Shown here piece after piece: positions 13,746-25,444 of a stretch of DNA of 64,000 nucleotides. The DNA lies in assembly GCA_951406725.2 (NCBI GenBank), contig OX597814.1:155682001-155746000 (forward strand), in the 5' to 3' direction. A program made the position numbers and the translations under genes. A model generated the notes under the pieces. The model was given only the letters and a program-made list of their open reading frames with translations. It did no database searches and had not been told where the DNA came from. Positions within the stretch are counted from its first letter, which is position 1. Each line of letters opens with the position of its first letter. The stretch is from Octopus vulgaris. Lineage: Eukaryota.

Positions 13746-14430
13746 ACACTGTACACCATGCCACTTTGCTTTTAATTGACAATTACGTTAAGGGTACACT
13801 ATCTGTACAATACTTAATTACATCGCTTGTTAATTCGATAAATACATCGTCGAATAAATCGACGCTCAAACGTCGAAAGTGATAGACGTGTCCCTTGAAA
13901 TGACGGACAAAATTGCCTTCCGGTATTTTGTTGTAGACCTTTGCATTTTGACATGAACGCTAGCCAATATCAACTTCGACTTAGATTTTTCCGTGGTGAA
14001 TAAAATACCGACTGATGTCGATTAAATCGTTTATATCCATCCCAGTCTCCTGGCAGCTTCAGCTTAGGCTATAAGCCAATATTAGAACAACATGCAATAC
14101 GTCTAAATTCAACGATGTACGACAGAAACTTCTGCTTGACCTATTGACTGCTAAAGTAGTGGTCACGCCTACATAGATGAATCCCAACTTATCTCCTTAT
14201 ACAAAAAAAAGGAAAAGAGATTTTCGATTAATGCGTACCAGAGCAACTTTAACCGAAAATGATGCGATAGACACAACTAAAAGCATTCAACTTAAGTCTG
14301 CTCAATTGGGATTAACCTGGGGCTAGTAAAAGGTACCAAACAGATGTTGAATATGTATGTATCCATGTATGTATGTATATACTTATATACGTACATACAT
14401 ACATACATATAAATATATGCATGCATATCA

Positions 14431-15408
14431 ATGAATGTATATGTATATATATATAACTATGACAGATTGCTCTTACCTTACATGCACTATTTCTCCCCTC
14501 CTCTCTGTCCTTATTATTTTTATATATCTTTTTAGATATTTCATATATATATATATTTATATATCTTTTATATATTTATATATTTATATCTTTTTATTTT
14601 ATTTATAGTTTTAATTGTGAATTTATTTATGTATTTATTTATCTTTATAAATAAAAGACATTTTTAAATTGTAAGAATTGCAAATTATATATATATATAT
14701 ATATAATTTACAATTCTTACAATTAAAAAATCTTTTATTTATAAAAATAAATAAATACATAAATATATATACTTTTTTTACTTTACTTTTTTACTTGTTT
14801 CAGTCATTTGACTGCGGCCATGCTGGAGCACCACCTTTAGTACTTATTCTATCGGTCTCTTTTTGCCGAACCGCTAAGTGACGGGGACCTAAACAGACCA
14901 GCATCGGTTGTCAAACAATGCTAGGGGGACAAACACAGACACACACACACATATACATATATATACATATATACGACAGGCTTCTTTCAGTTTCCGTCTA
15001 CCAAATCCACTCACAAGGCATTGGTCGGCCCGGGGCTATAGCAGAAGACACTTGCCCAAGATGCCACGCAGTGGGACTGAACCCGCAACCGTGTGGTTGG
15101 TTAGCAAGCTACTTACCACACAGCCACTCCTGCGCCTATATATATATATATATATATAATTTACAATTCTTACAATTTAAAAATGTCTTTTATTTATAAA
15201 AATAAATAAATACATAAATAAATTCACAATTAAAACTATAAATAAAATAAAAAGATATAAATATATAAATATATAAAAGATATATAAATATATATATATA
15301 TATATATGAAATATCTAATAAAAATTATAAGGACAGAGAGGAGGGGAGAAATAGTGCATGTAAGGTAAGAGCGATCTGTCATAGTTATATATATACATAT
15401 ACATTCAT
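14431..15408. repeat. Foldback inverted repeat (~260-bp arms) centred on (TA)n, interrupted by a SINE
   Basis: 14431-14690 is the near-exact reverse complement of 15153-15408, for example gacagattgctcttaccttacatgcactatttctcccctcctctctgtcctta. Confidence 0.92.
14772..15136 (-). mobile_element. SINE family B, near full length
   Basis: Reverse complement begins ggcgcaggagtggctgtgtggtaagtagcttgc and ends gcagtcaaatgactgaaacaagtaaaa. Confidence 0.92.
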
Positions 15409-15416
15409 ATTTTAAA

Positions 15417-15469
<53 letters not shown>

Positions 15470-15499
15470 TTTTAAAATATGTACATATGTATAAATATT

Positions 15500-16026
15500 T
15501 TGTTGGGGAATGAAGACGAGGCTCATTAGCCTTGGTGAATGCAACACTTCGAGGAAGGAGAGACTGACATAAAACCAGGTCATGGTAATGACAGTTACTG
15601 AACTGGCTGCACTGTTGATAGGGGCAGACTGGGCTCCTGTTTCTAAAACGAAACCGTGATTAGGACAACCAGTATAGGAGAATAATGCTCTAAATTCGAA
15701 TTGACTTACCACTGCTGGATTGCAGTATCCTTTTGGGGAAAAGCCTAGGAGAAGGAACTCCGATATCAAACCTGTAGTCAATTTAGTACTAGTCATCTTG
15801 CTTTGCTTGTCACTGGAATCTACTATTTTGACCCAGAGAATGACAGGGGTATTGTACAAGCGTTTGTCACCGAAATCCAATGAAGTACAGATGTCCCCGA
15901 TAAAATACTATCTTAAAAGTCATTTAAGGGCACATCGACAGAGCGACTGTACTGTGTGATGGGGTGTGGTTTTTGTGTTGTTGGGACGACTATCATCTCT
16001 CAAGATGAAGCAATCATCATCATCAT
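15500..16026 (+). mobile_element. Internally deleted RTE-like element (5' UTR motifs plus (CAT)n tail)
   Basis: Two copies of the RTE 5'UTR-like motif (caaccagtataggagaa...aattcgaa and cctaggagaaggaactccgatatcaaacc); ends in catcatcatcat. Family assignment is from recall. Confidence 0.55.
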
Positions 16027-16030
16027 ATAT

Positions 16031-16031
16031 C

Positions 16032-16092
<61 letters not shown>

Positions 16093-16109
16093 TCTCTGGT
16101 ATTTGTGTA

Positions 16110-16147
<38 letters not shown>

Positions 16148-16155
16148 CATATATT

Positions 16156-16201
<46 letters not shown>

Positions 16202-16330
16202 TATATACATATATGTGTATATATGCATATATATATGCGGGCATAAGTATGTATGTATATGTATATATATACATGTATGTATATATATACATATGTCTAT
16301 ATATTTTTATATATGTGTGTGTATGTGTAG
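16031..16330. repeat. Long (TA)n-rich microsatellite field
   Basis: Seen directly in the sequence; a further field spans about 16540-16780. Confidence 0.95.
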
Positions 16331-16387
16331 CTTTTCTTACTTTACAGGCACTATTACTCTCTCCTCTCCGTCCTTATGTTTCTATAA

Positions 16388-16425
16388 TTCTTCCGAGGAA
16401 GGACCTAAGTCTAAAATTTTAAGAA
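16388..16425 (+). ncRNA. Decayed hammerhead-like motif in a pLTR-like repeat related to the 14.4-15.4 kb foldback arm
   Basis: ttctt-ccgagga-aggac-ctaa-gtct-aaaa-tttt-aagaa keeps hammerhead geometry, but both core boxes are mutated. The upstream 16331-16378 resembles 14470-14515. Confidence 0.35.
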
Positions 16426-16694
16426 ACCCCATTCCCACTTCGCAAGTGTTAGATTAAAACCTTAGTCGGCATAGATTTTTTTCTATATTCATTTCTGTTT
16501 AATTTTTCTTATACTTCACATTATTTTTATGCTTACATCGCATGCACATACGTACGCACACATGCACACATACGCACACACACGTATATATGTATGTATG
16601 CATGTATGTATGTAAGTGTGTGAGCACGTGTATATGTATATGTGTGTATATATGTATGTATGAGTACTTATATATATACACACACATGTATACG

Positions 16695-16750
<56 letters not shown>

Positions 16751-19700
16751 CACACATATCCACGCATATATATATATGTAGAGTGAGAGAGAGTAAGTGG
16801 GGAAGAGAGACATATGGTGCTTGCACCATTACGCTACTATATACAGTATATAGTGTTGAATATAGTATTGTGACAACGGTATTCTCATGTAAAGTTTGTT
16901 ATTTCTTTGCAAAACACAAATTCAAACTTACTTCGTTTTATTTATTTTTTACAGTGTAAATTTGAAAGCAAATTACAATTACATTATATCATACTAGCAG
17001 TATTTACCATAATTAGTGGGTGTGCAATGCTTGCTCAACACACCCAGAATTATGAAATACGATGAATTGATATCAGTATTCATAAAATCTGTTTACTAAT
17101 TAAAACAATGAATAAATAATGAAGCAGGGGAAAAAAACAAGGAGTATGTATCTGTCTTTTTCAATGAAGAAAAATACTTTGTGTAAAACCTCACAGTAAT
17201 ATGTGTGGAAAATTATATGAATACACACAAGCATACTTTCAAGCACATACCCCATATATTTTTATACATACGTATATGCACATACATACACTCACAAACA
17301 CCCCCTCATACAGAGACACACTCATATGTTTGCACACGTGTGTGTGAGTGTGTGTATATTCATTTTCATCTAATTCTACACGTATTTTTCTCTATCGTAG
17401 TTTGTACAAATTGCATTTTCATTTTTATTTTTGCTTTAATTAGTATCCTGATTTTAAAAACAATGATATCATACATCATATTTCATAATGAAATTACTTT
17501 CAATCAGGCATTAGAATCATGATTGAATTACTATATTTAAATTGGATGGATATGTTTTCGGATCTCTTGAACCTGTCGCCATTTTGGTATTTTTTATCGA
17601 TCAGCGTCTGGTCGATATATACAGTCTTACTCTTATTTTTGGAATTATGTAATTTAATAAATCCTCTCTCCAGACATACTGAAGTTACTCAATAAGCTCG
17701 AATAAAGTCATATCTTATGAACAAACCATTGCTATGTTGTTGCTATCCAGAATCTGACGGAGCATTGAACCTTTAAGTTTTGGCATAATCGAGCCGCCTG
17801 AAAGATTTATGGTGAGTGAAAGATTTAGCGTGAACGGCAGACAGTGAGAAAGATAGGAGAGAATATATTGAACATTCAGGAAAGACAGAGTGACGAAGAT
17901 ACGAAGTCAGAAATAAAGAGACAGAGAAACATATGAAGTAATAAATAAAGGGAAATAAGTGGAGAGTGAAATACTGGGGAGGAGAAAATGGAATTATTTA
18001 TAAGAAGGCTATTTCATATATAAATTTAGGTTTGTGTATTAAGTTAAAGTATAAATTGTTAACAAAATATTTGAAAAACATTTAAAACAATGAGATAATT
18101 GAAAACACAAAACTTAAAACGTTTTTCAACAAAATTATGTTAATTTTCTGCCTGAAGTTTCGCTAGTTATTTTAAAGCATATTGGAAATATGTTTGCATT
18201 GATATTCTAATCAGAGTGTAAAGTAATCTTCCACAAAAGACAGCAAATAAACAAACTCTGTGAACAAACAAAGAATCACGTTTTTCAACATTGGATGGTA
18301 GAAAACATATTTATAAAGAATGACGCTTCTGTCTGAATATTTTACTCGTTTGGTATTTATTTCATAGACATTGAATGATGCGGGGTGAGGCAAATGAAAG
18401 AAACTTAAACACTGCAAATCCACTTCTGTTTGTCCAACAACACTGCCTCACACACTTTTAATAACACTAATTTCGTGGCAAAAAAACCCGTTAAAATTGC
18501 AGAAGGCGCTTGTCTGCGCATTTGTGTGTATATATGTGTGTCTGTCAAAATTAAAAAGGATATGGTAAGATTGAAAGAAATATTAATGTCAGCTATCTTA
18601 CTATTCATTGCAATAGCTAATATAGTTGTTTTGGGGAATGTTTCTTGAAGCAGGAGACTTAACTACAAAAGACTCCGTGATATAAGTCTTTGCGTGTATC
18701 CCTTCTCTCCTTAGTTTATATTTTTAATGACACCCAAATGATTCTCTTCGGCGATATGTATTATAATGGACAATGTGATAGAGAATTTATATTCCAGAAT
18801 TTAGAAATACTGCAGGGTTTCAATTATGCATGTTATTTGAGACTCTTAATAAAGATATGCACAGTTACAGTGTATTTCAATTTCTGACTTTTGTTATTGT
18901 CCGTTTCACAAAACTTTATTTACTGGTTTCCATTACTGAATTATGTCCATGTTATGGAGACATCCTCAAAAGATTTTCCCCGATTACATTGACCATCGTA
19001 TTCATTTTATCCATCTATTTTTATTAAGAGAATAACTTAACTATTTTGCAACAACATTTTTTAGTAAACCGGTTGTTTCAGTGAAAGATACACAACAGCA
19101 CGGACACACTCACACATACACACACAGGCGCACACATGGTGTGACTCTACACTGATGCACTCTAACAAATTCAACCGTCAAAATAAAGGTTCAGTCTAAA
19201 CCATACAAGTGCACATTTACCAAAGGTTTCTTTTTGCGAAGCGAAGTTATTTATCACCCCGAGAGTAGGTCCCAAAATGACGACACTTTATGTATGTTTG
19301 GAACCATCTCGGATTGTAAGCAACAGTAAATTAAAGTGAAAGTTTGAATGATTTGGCTTTAGGCCGATGTACACTACTGTAGTCGAATCCGAATTGTAGT
19401 GTCATTGTGTATAGCCGTATCGTCGGACATCTACTCTTATTTTCCATTTCTTTTTCAAACTGCTAGGCTTATGACGTACTGCTTAGCCTACATTAAAATA
19501 TCTTATGCTCGCTCGATGCTTTCATTTTACAGATCTTCTATTCAGATATTTCTTTGTAGATTATAACTTGGATGCATGCTATCATAAATTTCTATTTTCT
19601 ACTCAAACTTTTTGTTATTTCCATTTCCAATGTAGTTATTGATTTAAGATCCAGTATTTTGCAAGGGGACTCTTATTGGTGTGACCTGGCGTATAATTGC

Positions 19701-19935
19701 TCTAAATTTAGAAAATATGATACTAAGTGTGTCATCAATTGTCATAACTTGTAGTTTTTTTTATTGCAAACGATTAGTTGGCTGATATCAGATAGTTGCA
19801 ACATATTTTCTGTGATTATAACCCACGAAAATCGGAAATAGATGTATATTTTTACGAGTTTATATACTTAAGGTTGAGGTGCACATAAAAGGGTGATAGA
19901 AATGACGATGTTATAGAACGTGGTTAAAATTTTAC

Positions 19936-20042
19936 TTCAATTCGCACTTCGGTCAAAGAATTTAGAATTCACATTCAAATTAAAACGCCTGTCGAGAGCA
20001 TTCAAATTAGTCGGAATGCAAGGAAGCGTCTTTTCGAGCATT
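19936..20042 (+). repeat. Left arm of ~110-bp inverted repeat
   Basis: ttcgcacttcggtcaaagaatttag...ttagtcggaatgc...ggaagcgtcttttcgagcatt is the reverse complement of 22528-22638; internal cattcaaatt motif is repeated. Confidence 0.88.
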
Positions 20043-20416
20043 CAGATTCGCACGAGTGCATTCGAGTTCGGAATAAGATTATTCAATTTAGCACTAATTT
20101 TACATGTGTGTTTTTACTCACATTCTAAGAAGTGAATGTTTAAAATAACAAATTTAAATGACATGTTTTGCCATGCAGATTTTATTATGTTGTTGTAGCT
20201 ACAAGAAATAAATAAATTACGTGATTCTTCTGTCCACGAAAATCTGTTCACTGCAACATTGTGTTATTTGGTCTGTACTTACTTGGCAGTTTATTTGGAG
20301 GTAAGCGTTTTTTCTGATTGTTGAATTGTTTTGTTTTTGTTGAACTGGCTTTTAATAGTATTGTTAATTGTTTGTTAAACAATTATTGTTTTCCTCTGCG
20401 CGGGGAAACCTACAAT

Positions 20417-21411
20417 ATGGCGAACGGGGAAAAGCAGAGCGTTGAGGAGAGGAGGTACTTGAGCGAGGAGGAGATCGAAAAGAATTGTGTAAAGAAACTT
20501 ATATTAGATTCAGACGAGGAGAGAGAAAGACTAATACCGGCTGCTACAAGGAGAAACATTAATGTACCAAGTTTGATGCCGAAAGAGAAAGAAGAGAAAA
20601 AGAAAGAAAAAGCTAAGGAAAAGCTTGACTTTGCCGCTGTGGTAGGTGCTAGAGTTACAAAGATTACTTCGGCTAATGTGGAGGAACACAAACAAATGAT
20701 GACAAGGGAGGGCCACGGAATTACAGCGGCCCCTTCAAAAAGTATTCTTCAAGATATATAGAGAAAAAATCATAATATACAAAACCTACAAGGTCAACAA
20801 TAAGAGAATTGATTATGCGTTAGCGGCAGAGATTGAGAAGTGTTTTAAGCCTATTTGGCATAAGATAAAGTTCCTAGCAAGAGGTAGAAGGTACGCGACG
20901 GTGGATGTGAGGATGGAGTCGGAGGAAGAAGCTCGATTCCATTCAGTGGAACCCTAAGAACGGGAAAGGTGGTACTTCTACCCATATATATGGGTAGAAG
21001 GACGTCGAAGATTACAATCAGTACTATTCCCCATGAGGTGGACCCAGAGTGGCTCGTAGTGGCAGTGACGATGGGATGGAAGATAAAATATCATTCCTGG
21101 ATGTTGTTATGATGGAGCCAAGAAATTGGCATGGGAAGAGTATGCGTATTATAATTCAAGCCGAACAGACCACACTGGAGAAAATTATTGAGGCCTTTGA
21201 GATTGGTAAGACCCGTCTGGTGGTGACAGTAGAGGGTCGCCAGCCTCGAAGCTTCCAGTGTGGCAAGAAGAGCCATCTCAGGGTAGATTGTAAGCCCAAA
21301 GAGGTTGAAAAGAAGAAAGAAGAAACGGAGGTAGTAGAGATTGAACCGGCGACGCCGGAGCAGAAGACACCAATACCAGTAGAAAGAACACCAATGCCAG
21401 AAAAAAAGTAG
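20417..21411 (+). pseudogene. LINE ORF1/gag-like protein with CCHC zinc knuckle (L1/Tx1-type), at least 3 frameshifts
   Basis: Joined frames read MANGEKQ...LDFAAVVG...KIKFLARGRRYATVDVRMESEEEA...LLPIYMGRRTSKITISTIPHEVDPEWL...RLVVTVEGRQPRSFQCGKKSHLRVDC. The knuckle is CX2CX4HX4C with the first Cys changed to Ser. Confidence 0.75.
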
Positions 21412-21800
21412 GGGAGAGATGGGCTCTTGTGCAGAAGAAGAAAAAAATGAAGCCACCCTCTCCTAAAAAAGAGAAAGAGAAAACATAGGCGAGGCAGATT
21501 AAGAAGCCGAGAAAAACTGAAAGAAAAAAGAAAACAATTGCTACATGGCGGTTCGAATCTCGAATAGAGATCTAGTGAACCGCCTAGCAACTGTATCTGC
21601 AGAAAAATTTGAGGTAGCAGAAACTCAGAAGAAAGGGACTGAAATTTACAAATCGGAAATTTACAAATCGGAAAACTTATATTTTTGCTAATAACTTTCG
21701 TAAAGATGTTGGTGTTCCCAGGTTGGACTTTAACCCAAAAGTGTATGAGAGCCTCATCACTCCGACGCTACGAGCCCGGGAAGGAGAAGAGCCCCCCCCC

Positions 21801-21894
21801 CCCCCCACTGCCTCTAAACACCGACTAAAAAGGTAAGTCTTTATGGCCCCCCCACTGCCTCTAAACACCGACTAAAAAGGTAAGTCTTTATGGC
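21801..21894. repeat. Perfect 47-bp tandem duplication
   Basis: ccccccactgcctctaaacaccgactaaaaaggtaagtctttatggc occurs twice. A 15-bp duplication (gaaatttacaaatcg) lies at 21641-21670. Confidence 0.95.
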
Positions 21895-22527
21895 TGTTCA
21901 CGTTGGTTGGAAACAAGGATATTTCCTAAATGATGTCAAAATGGCGAGTACATGTCATTCAACACGTCGCAAGAGGTAATATCAACGCTATCGATCTAAA
22001 AAATTGTGCCCGTTGGTATAGACACACCCAGACGTACCTCCCTAGATTCCTGGATCGCCTGGAAATAGACGGCTACATCCTCTCAAACGAACTCTCCTTA
22101 TCAAGACTGTAAATCAATATTTATCTTAGAGTACATAGCATACTTTCCCTGACGAAACAAATAATGCAGATCAAAAAAATATAAACTTTTCCCAACAAGA
22201 CATATGCAAAGGAAGAACAGATATCACAACATAATGTATTCAAAATCTAAGAAAATGAGCATTTGTTGTAATTGTGAATTTCTTTAAAAAGATTGAAAAG
22301 GATGGAAAGCGATTTCATGAACTTTTTAACAATAACTACATGTATCAATGCAAAGAAAAAAACAAAGAAAACATAGAACAGTCATGGACATGATAGAGTG
22401 CTTAAAGCATAAAAAATGGATGAAAACACATGATTATGATAACAATGATCACGAGAGAAAACCAAACCAACGATCGTGTTAATTTGATTGCTCGAAGTGT
22501 TAAATAGATTGCTACGAAAGGAATTTA

Positions 22528-22725
22528 AATGCTCGAAAAGACGCTTCCACGCATTCCGACTAACTTGAATGTTCTCGACGTATATTTTAATTTGAATGAT
22601 GTAAATACTAAATTCTTTGACCGAAGTGCGAAATTGAATGATCGAAAAACGAATTTGAATGACTAACTTCATAGCGCTAATTTTTTTCCTCGACTTTGAA
22701 TGACCCGATTATCAAATTGAATGAC
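22528..22725 (-). repeat. Right arm of inverted repeat with further subterminal ttgaatga repeats
   Basis: 22528-22638 pairs with 19936-20042; ttgaatg(a) recurs about 6 times up to about 22723. Confidence 0.85.
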
Positions 22726-23379
22726 AAACGTGCAAAAATAACTGCAAAAAAACTATATTTTATGTTCCCCTCAGCTTTGTTAGGGTGGGTATTGCCACTG
22801 GTACTCGGACAGGGCAGATTGCTTGTTGCTACAGTTTCGGTATCTTATTGAAGTCGTAAATGTGACATGAGATATGACGTGTCTTGGTGCTGTTGTTGCA
22901 ACTAATACTGCTAAGGCTGTAAAATAATTTACTGCTTATATGCTTATGTAATATGCAAATGTTGCTTAGTTTACTGCTTTGCCTTGGTTTACTTTTTTCG
23001 TAATCTAGTTGCCTAACGGAACTGACGTTGAATTTATTTTTTATTGTGAACGTTATTCCTATTTTTGTTTTATCAGGTTTCTATTTGTTGATTTGTAATT
23101 TTGGGTTTCTTCTTTTATGACGAAGGAAAGTACTTGCGATGCTATTATCTTCACCTTGTTATCTGCACTGTATTAGAAGATATTATCTGCACTGAAATTT
23201 TCCTCAAGAATGATTTTTTGGAAGAGTGTCTTGGTGATATACTGCTTAGGGGATGTAACTGAAGTGTGTAATCTGCTGGGAAAATTGATAAAGTTAATAG
23301 TAGTGCATTTGTATTTGCTAGGTTCTTCCTTTTTATATCTACTGCTTGTATTCATAAATCATGCACTTCTGATTTAACA

Positions 23380-23810
23380 TATGCTATTTTTTTAATCGCT
23401 GGTGTTGTAGTTATGTGGAAGAGGTACTGGAACTGTATTAAGGTATTATGTGTATAGGTGTGGTGTTGACACGGTAGTAATATTTGTACCTCTTATTTAT
23501 ATTGATGATCTTGATATTATTATTGTTTGTGAAATGTGTGTATTTATGTAAAATATTTTCAAACGGTGTTTAATTATATCTGTGAATTTCGGAAAATAAC
23601 TTTTCTAAGGTTTTTAAAATCTATATCACTTCGACGAATGACGGTTGTTTTAGAATTCATCTAAGTATACTATGAAAGTTTTTATTGTTCCTGCGAATAA
23701 AGGTCCATTACTTGATCGACGTTTGAAACCTAACCACCGCAGATTTTGTTTGGCATGTATTCACAGAACTGATTTTCCCAGTATATGAACCCATTTTAAA
23801 TACATTAGTG
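23380..23810 (-). mobile_element. Possible heavily decayed PLE reverse transcriptase remnant
   Basis: Scattered minus-strand peptides FIYWENQF, FIVYLDEF and TTV...YL in RT motif order; many stops and frameshifts. Confidence 0.25.
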
Positions 23811-23989
23811 TGATCTTTGGAAGTTAATTGGTAGCTATTACTTGCGTAGTAGTTTTATTCTGTGACATCAAAAACGCTCAGTATTCCTTTCTCAAAGTAC
23901 ATCGAATTGACAAGTTCATTTCTGAATAAGTTTCCAACTCCTTTAGCGAATTAAGTAACTAATAAATTAATAATAAATAATGAGAAGAA

Positions 23990-24485
23990 GGCGGCGAGCT
24001 GGCAGAAACGTTTGGCACGCCGGGAGAAATGCGTAGCCGTATTTCGTCTGCCCTTACGTTCTGAGTTCAAATTCTGCCGAGGTCGACTTTGCCTTTCATC
24101 ATTTAGGGGGTCGATAAATTAAGTACAAGTTACCCACTGGGGCCGATGTTATCGACTTAATCCGTTTCTCTGTCCTTGTTTGTCCCCTCTATGTTTAGCC
24201 CCTTGTGGGTAATAAAGAAATAGGTACTTCGTCTGTCGTTACGTCCTGAGTTCAAATTCCGCCGCGATCGACTTTGCCTTTCATCCTTTCGGGGTCGATT
24301 AAATAAGTACCAGTTACGCACTGGGGTCGATATAATCGACTTAATCCGTTCGTCTGTTCTTGTTTGTCCTCTCTGTGTTTAGCCCCTTGTGGGTAGTAAA
24401 AAAATAGGTATTTCGCCTGTCTTTTCGTTGTGAGCGCAAATTCCGCCGAGGTTGACTTTGCCTTTTGTCCTTCCGTGGTCGATAA
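23990..24485 (+). mobile_element. SINE family C, head plus tandemly triplicated body
   Basis: Head ggcggcgagctggcagaaacg; body ggtatttcgtctg...gaggtcgactttgcctttcatc...gtcgat recurs at about 24038, 24223 and 24408. Confidence 0.92.
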
Positions 24486-25055
24486 TTGTGATAATTTAAT
24501 ATGAATAAAATGTTAACCTTAGTTGTTGAAAATTATTATATATTGCTATCTGTGTATGTATCTAGCTATGCAAATGACATAAGTACTTGGAGATATTTTC
24601 TGCTTAAAAATATTGAACAGGCCGAAGCCTATACTTAGATGTCTTGTTTGCAAGACATATAAGTATAGGGTGTATTTAAAGAATTAATCAACATAATTGA
24701 TATATTCTGAAGGATACAACAAAAATGGAAATTACCTTGTCAAAACAAAAGAGTTTTAAAATTCTTTGGTCAAGATAAGTATAAAATCAAATGTTACTGG
24801 GGAAGGTCGACATCGGAAATAAAGACTGGTAGTTCGAATAGATAGTTACTGTGAGTATACAAAAATACCTTTAGTCGAGAAAGAGAAAACTTACTTTCTT
24901 GAAATTTTATTCAAACCGGCTTAAGCATTCTACCTTAAGATTCTGTTAGTTTAAAATCACCTGTGTATAGCGGATTTTTCGCACGATGTTATCTAAGAAC
25001 TCGTCATAAAATCCTGTCGAAACAGCGGTGGCGAATTTTAAACCGCATCCTTCTT

Positions 25056-25320
<265 letters not shown>

Positions 25321-25400
25321 TGGATAATAAAACGAATTGGTTACACCTGGTAGCTTACTGGTAAAGCACGGTCACTTTCACAGTAATCGTTATGTTGAGT

Positions 25401-25444
25401 GACCCATGAGGAATCGATGCTAATGTGTCGAAACAATTGTTGTG
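25401..25444 (+). ncRNA. Degenerate hammerhead-like motif, same family as 2171-2215
   Basis: atcgatgcta...gtc-gaaac-aatt-gtt-gtg-attaata...tcttccgtct is shared with about 2183-2250. Stem III palindrome ACAAUUGU is intact; the 5' core is decayed. Confidence 0.4.

Noticed and set aside
15236-15880. Longest ORF in the track (214 aa)
   Set aside because: It runs antisense through an RTE-like UTR, a microsatellite and a foldback arm, with no domain motifs.
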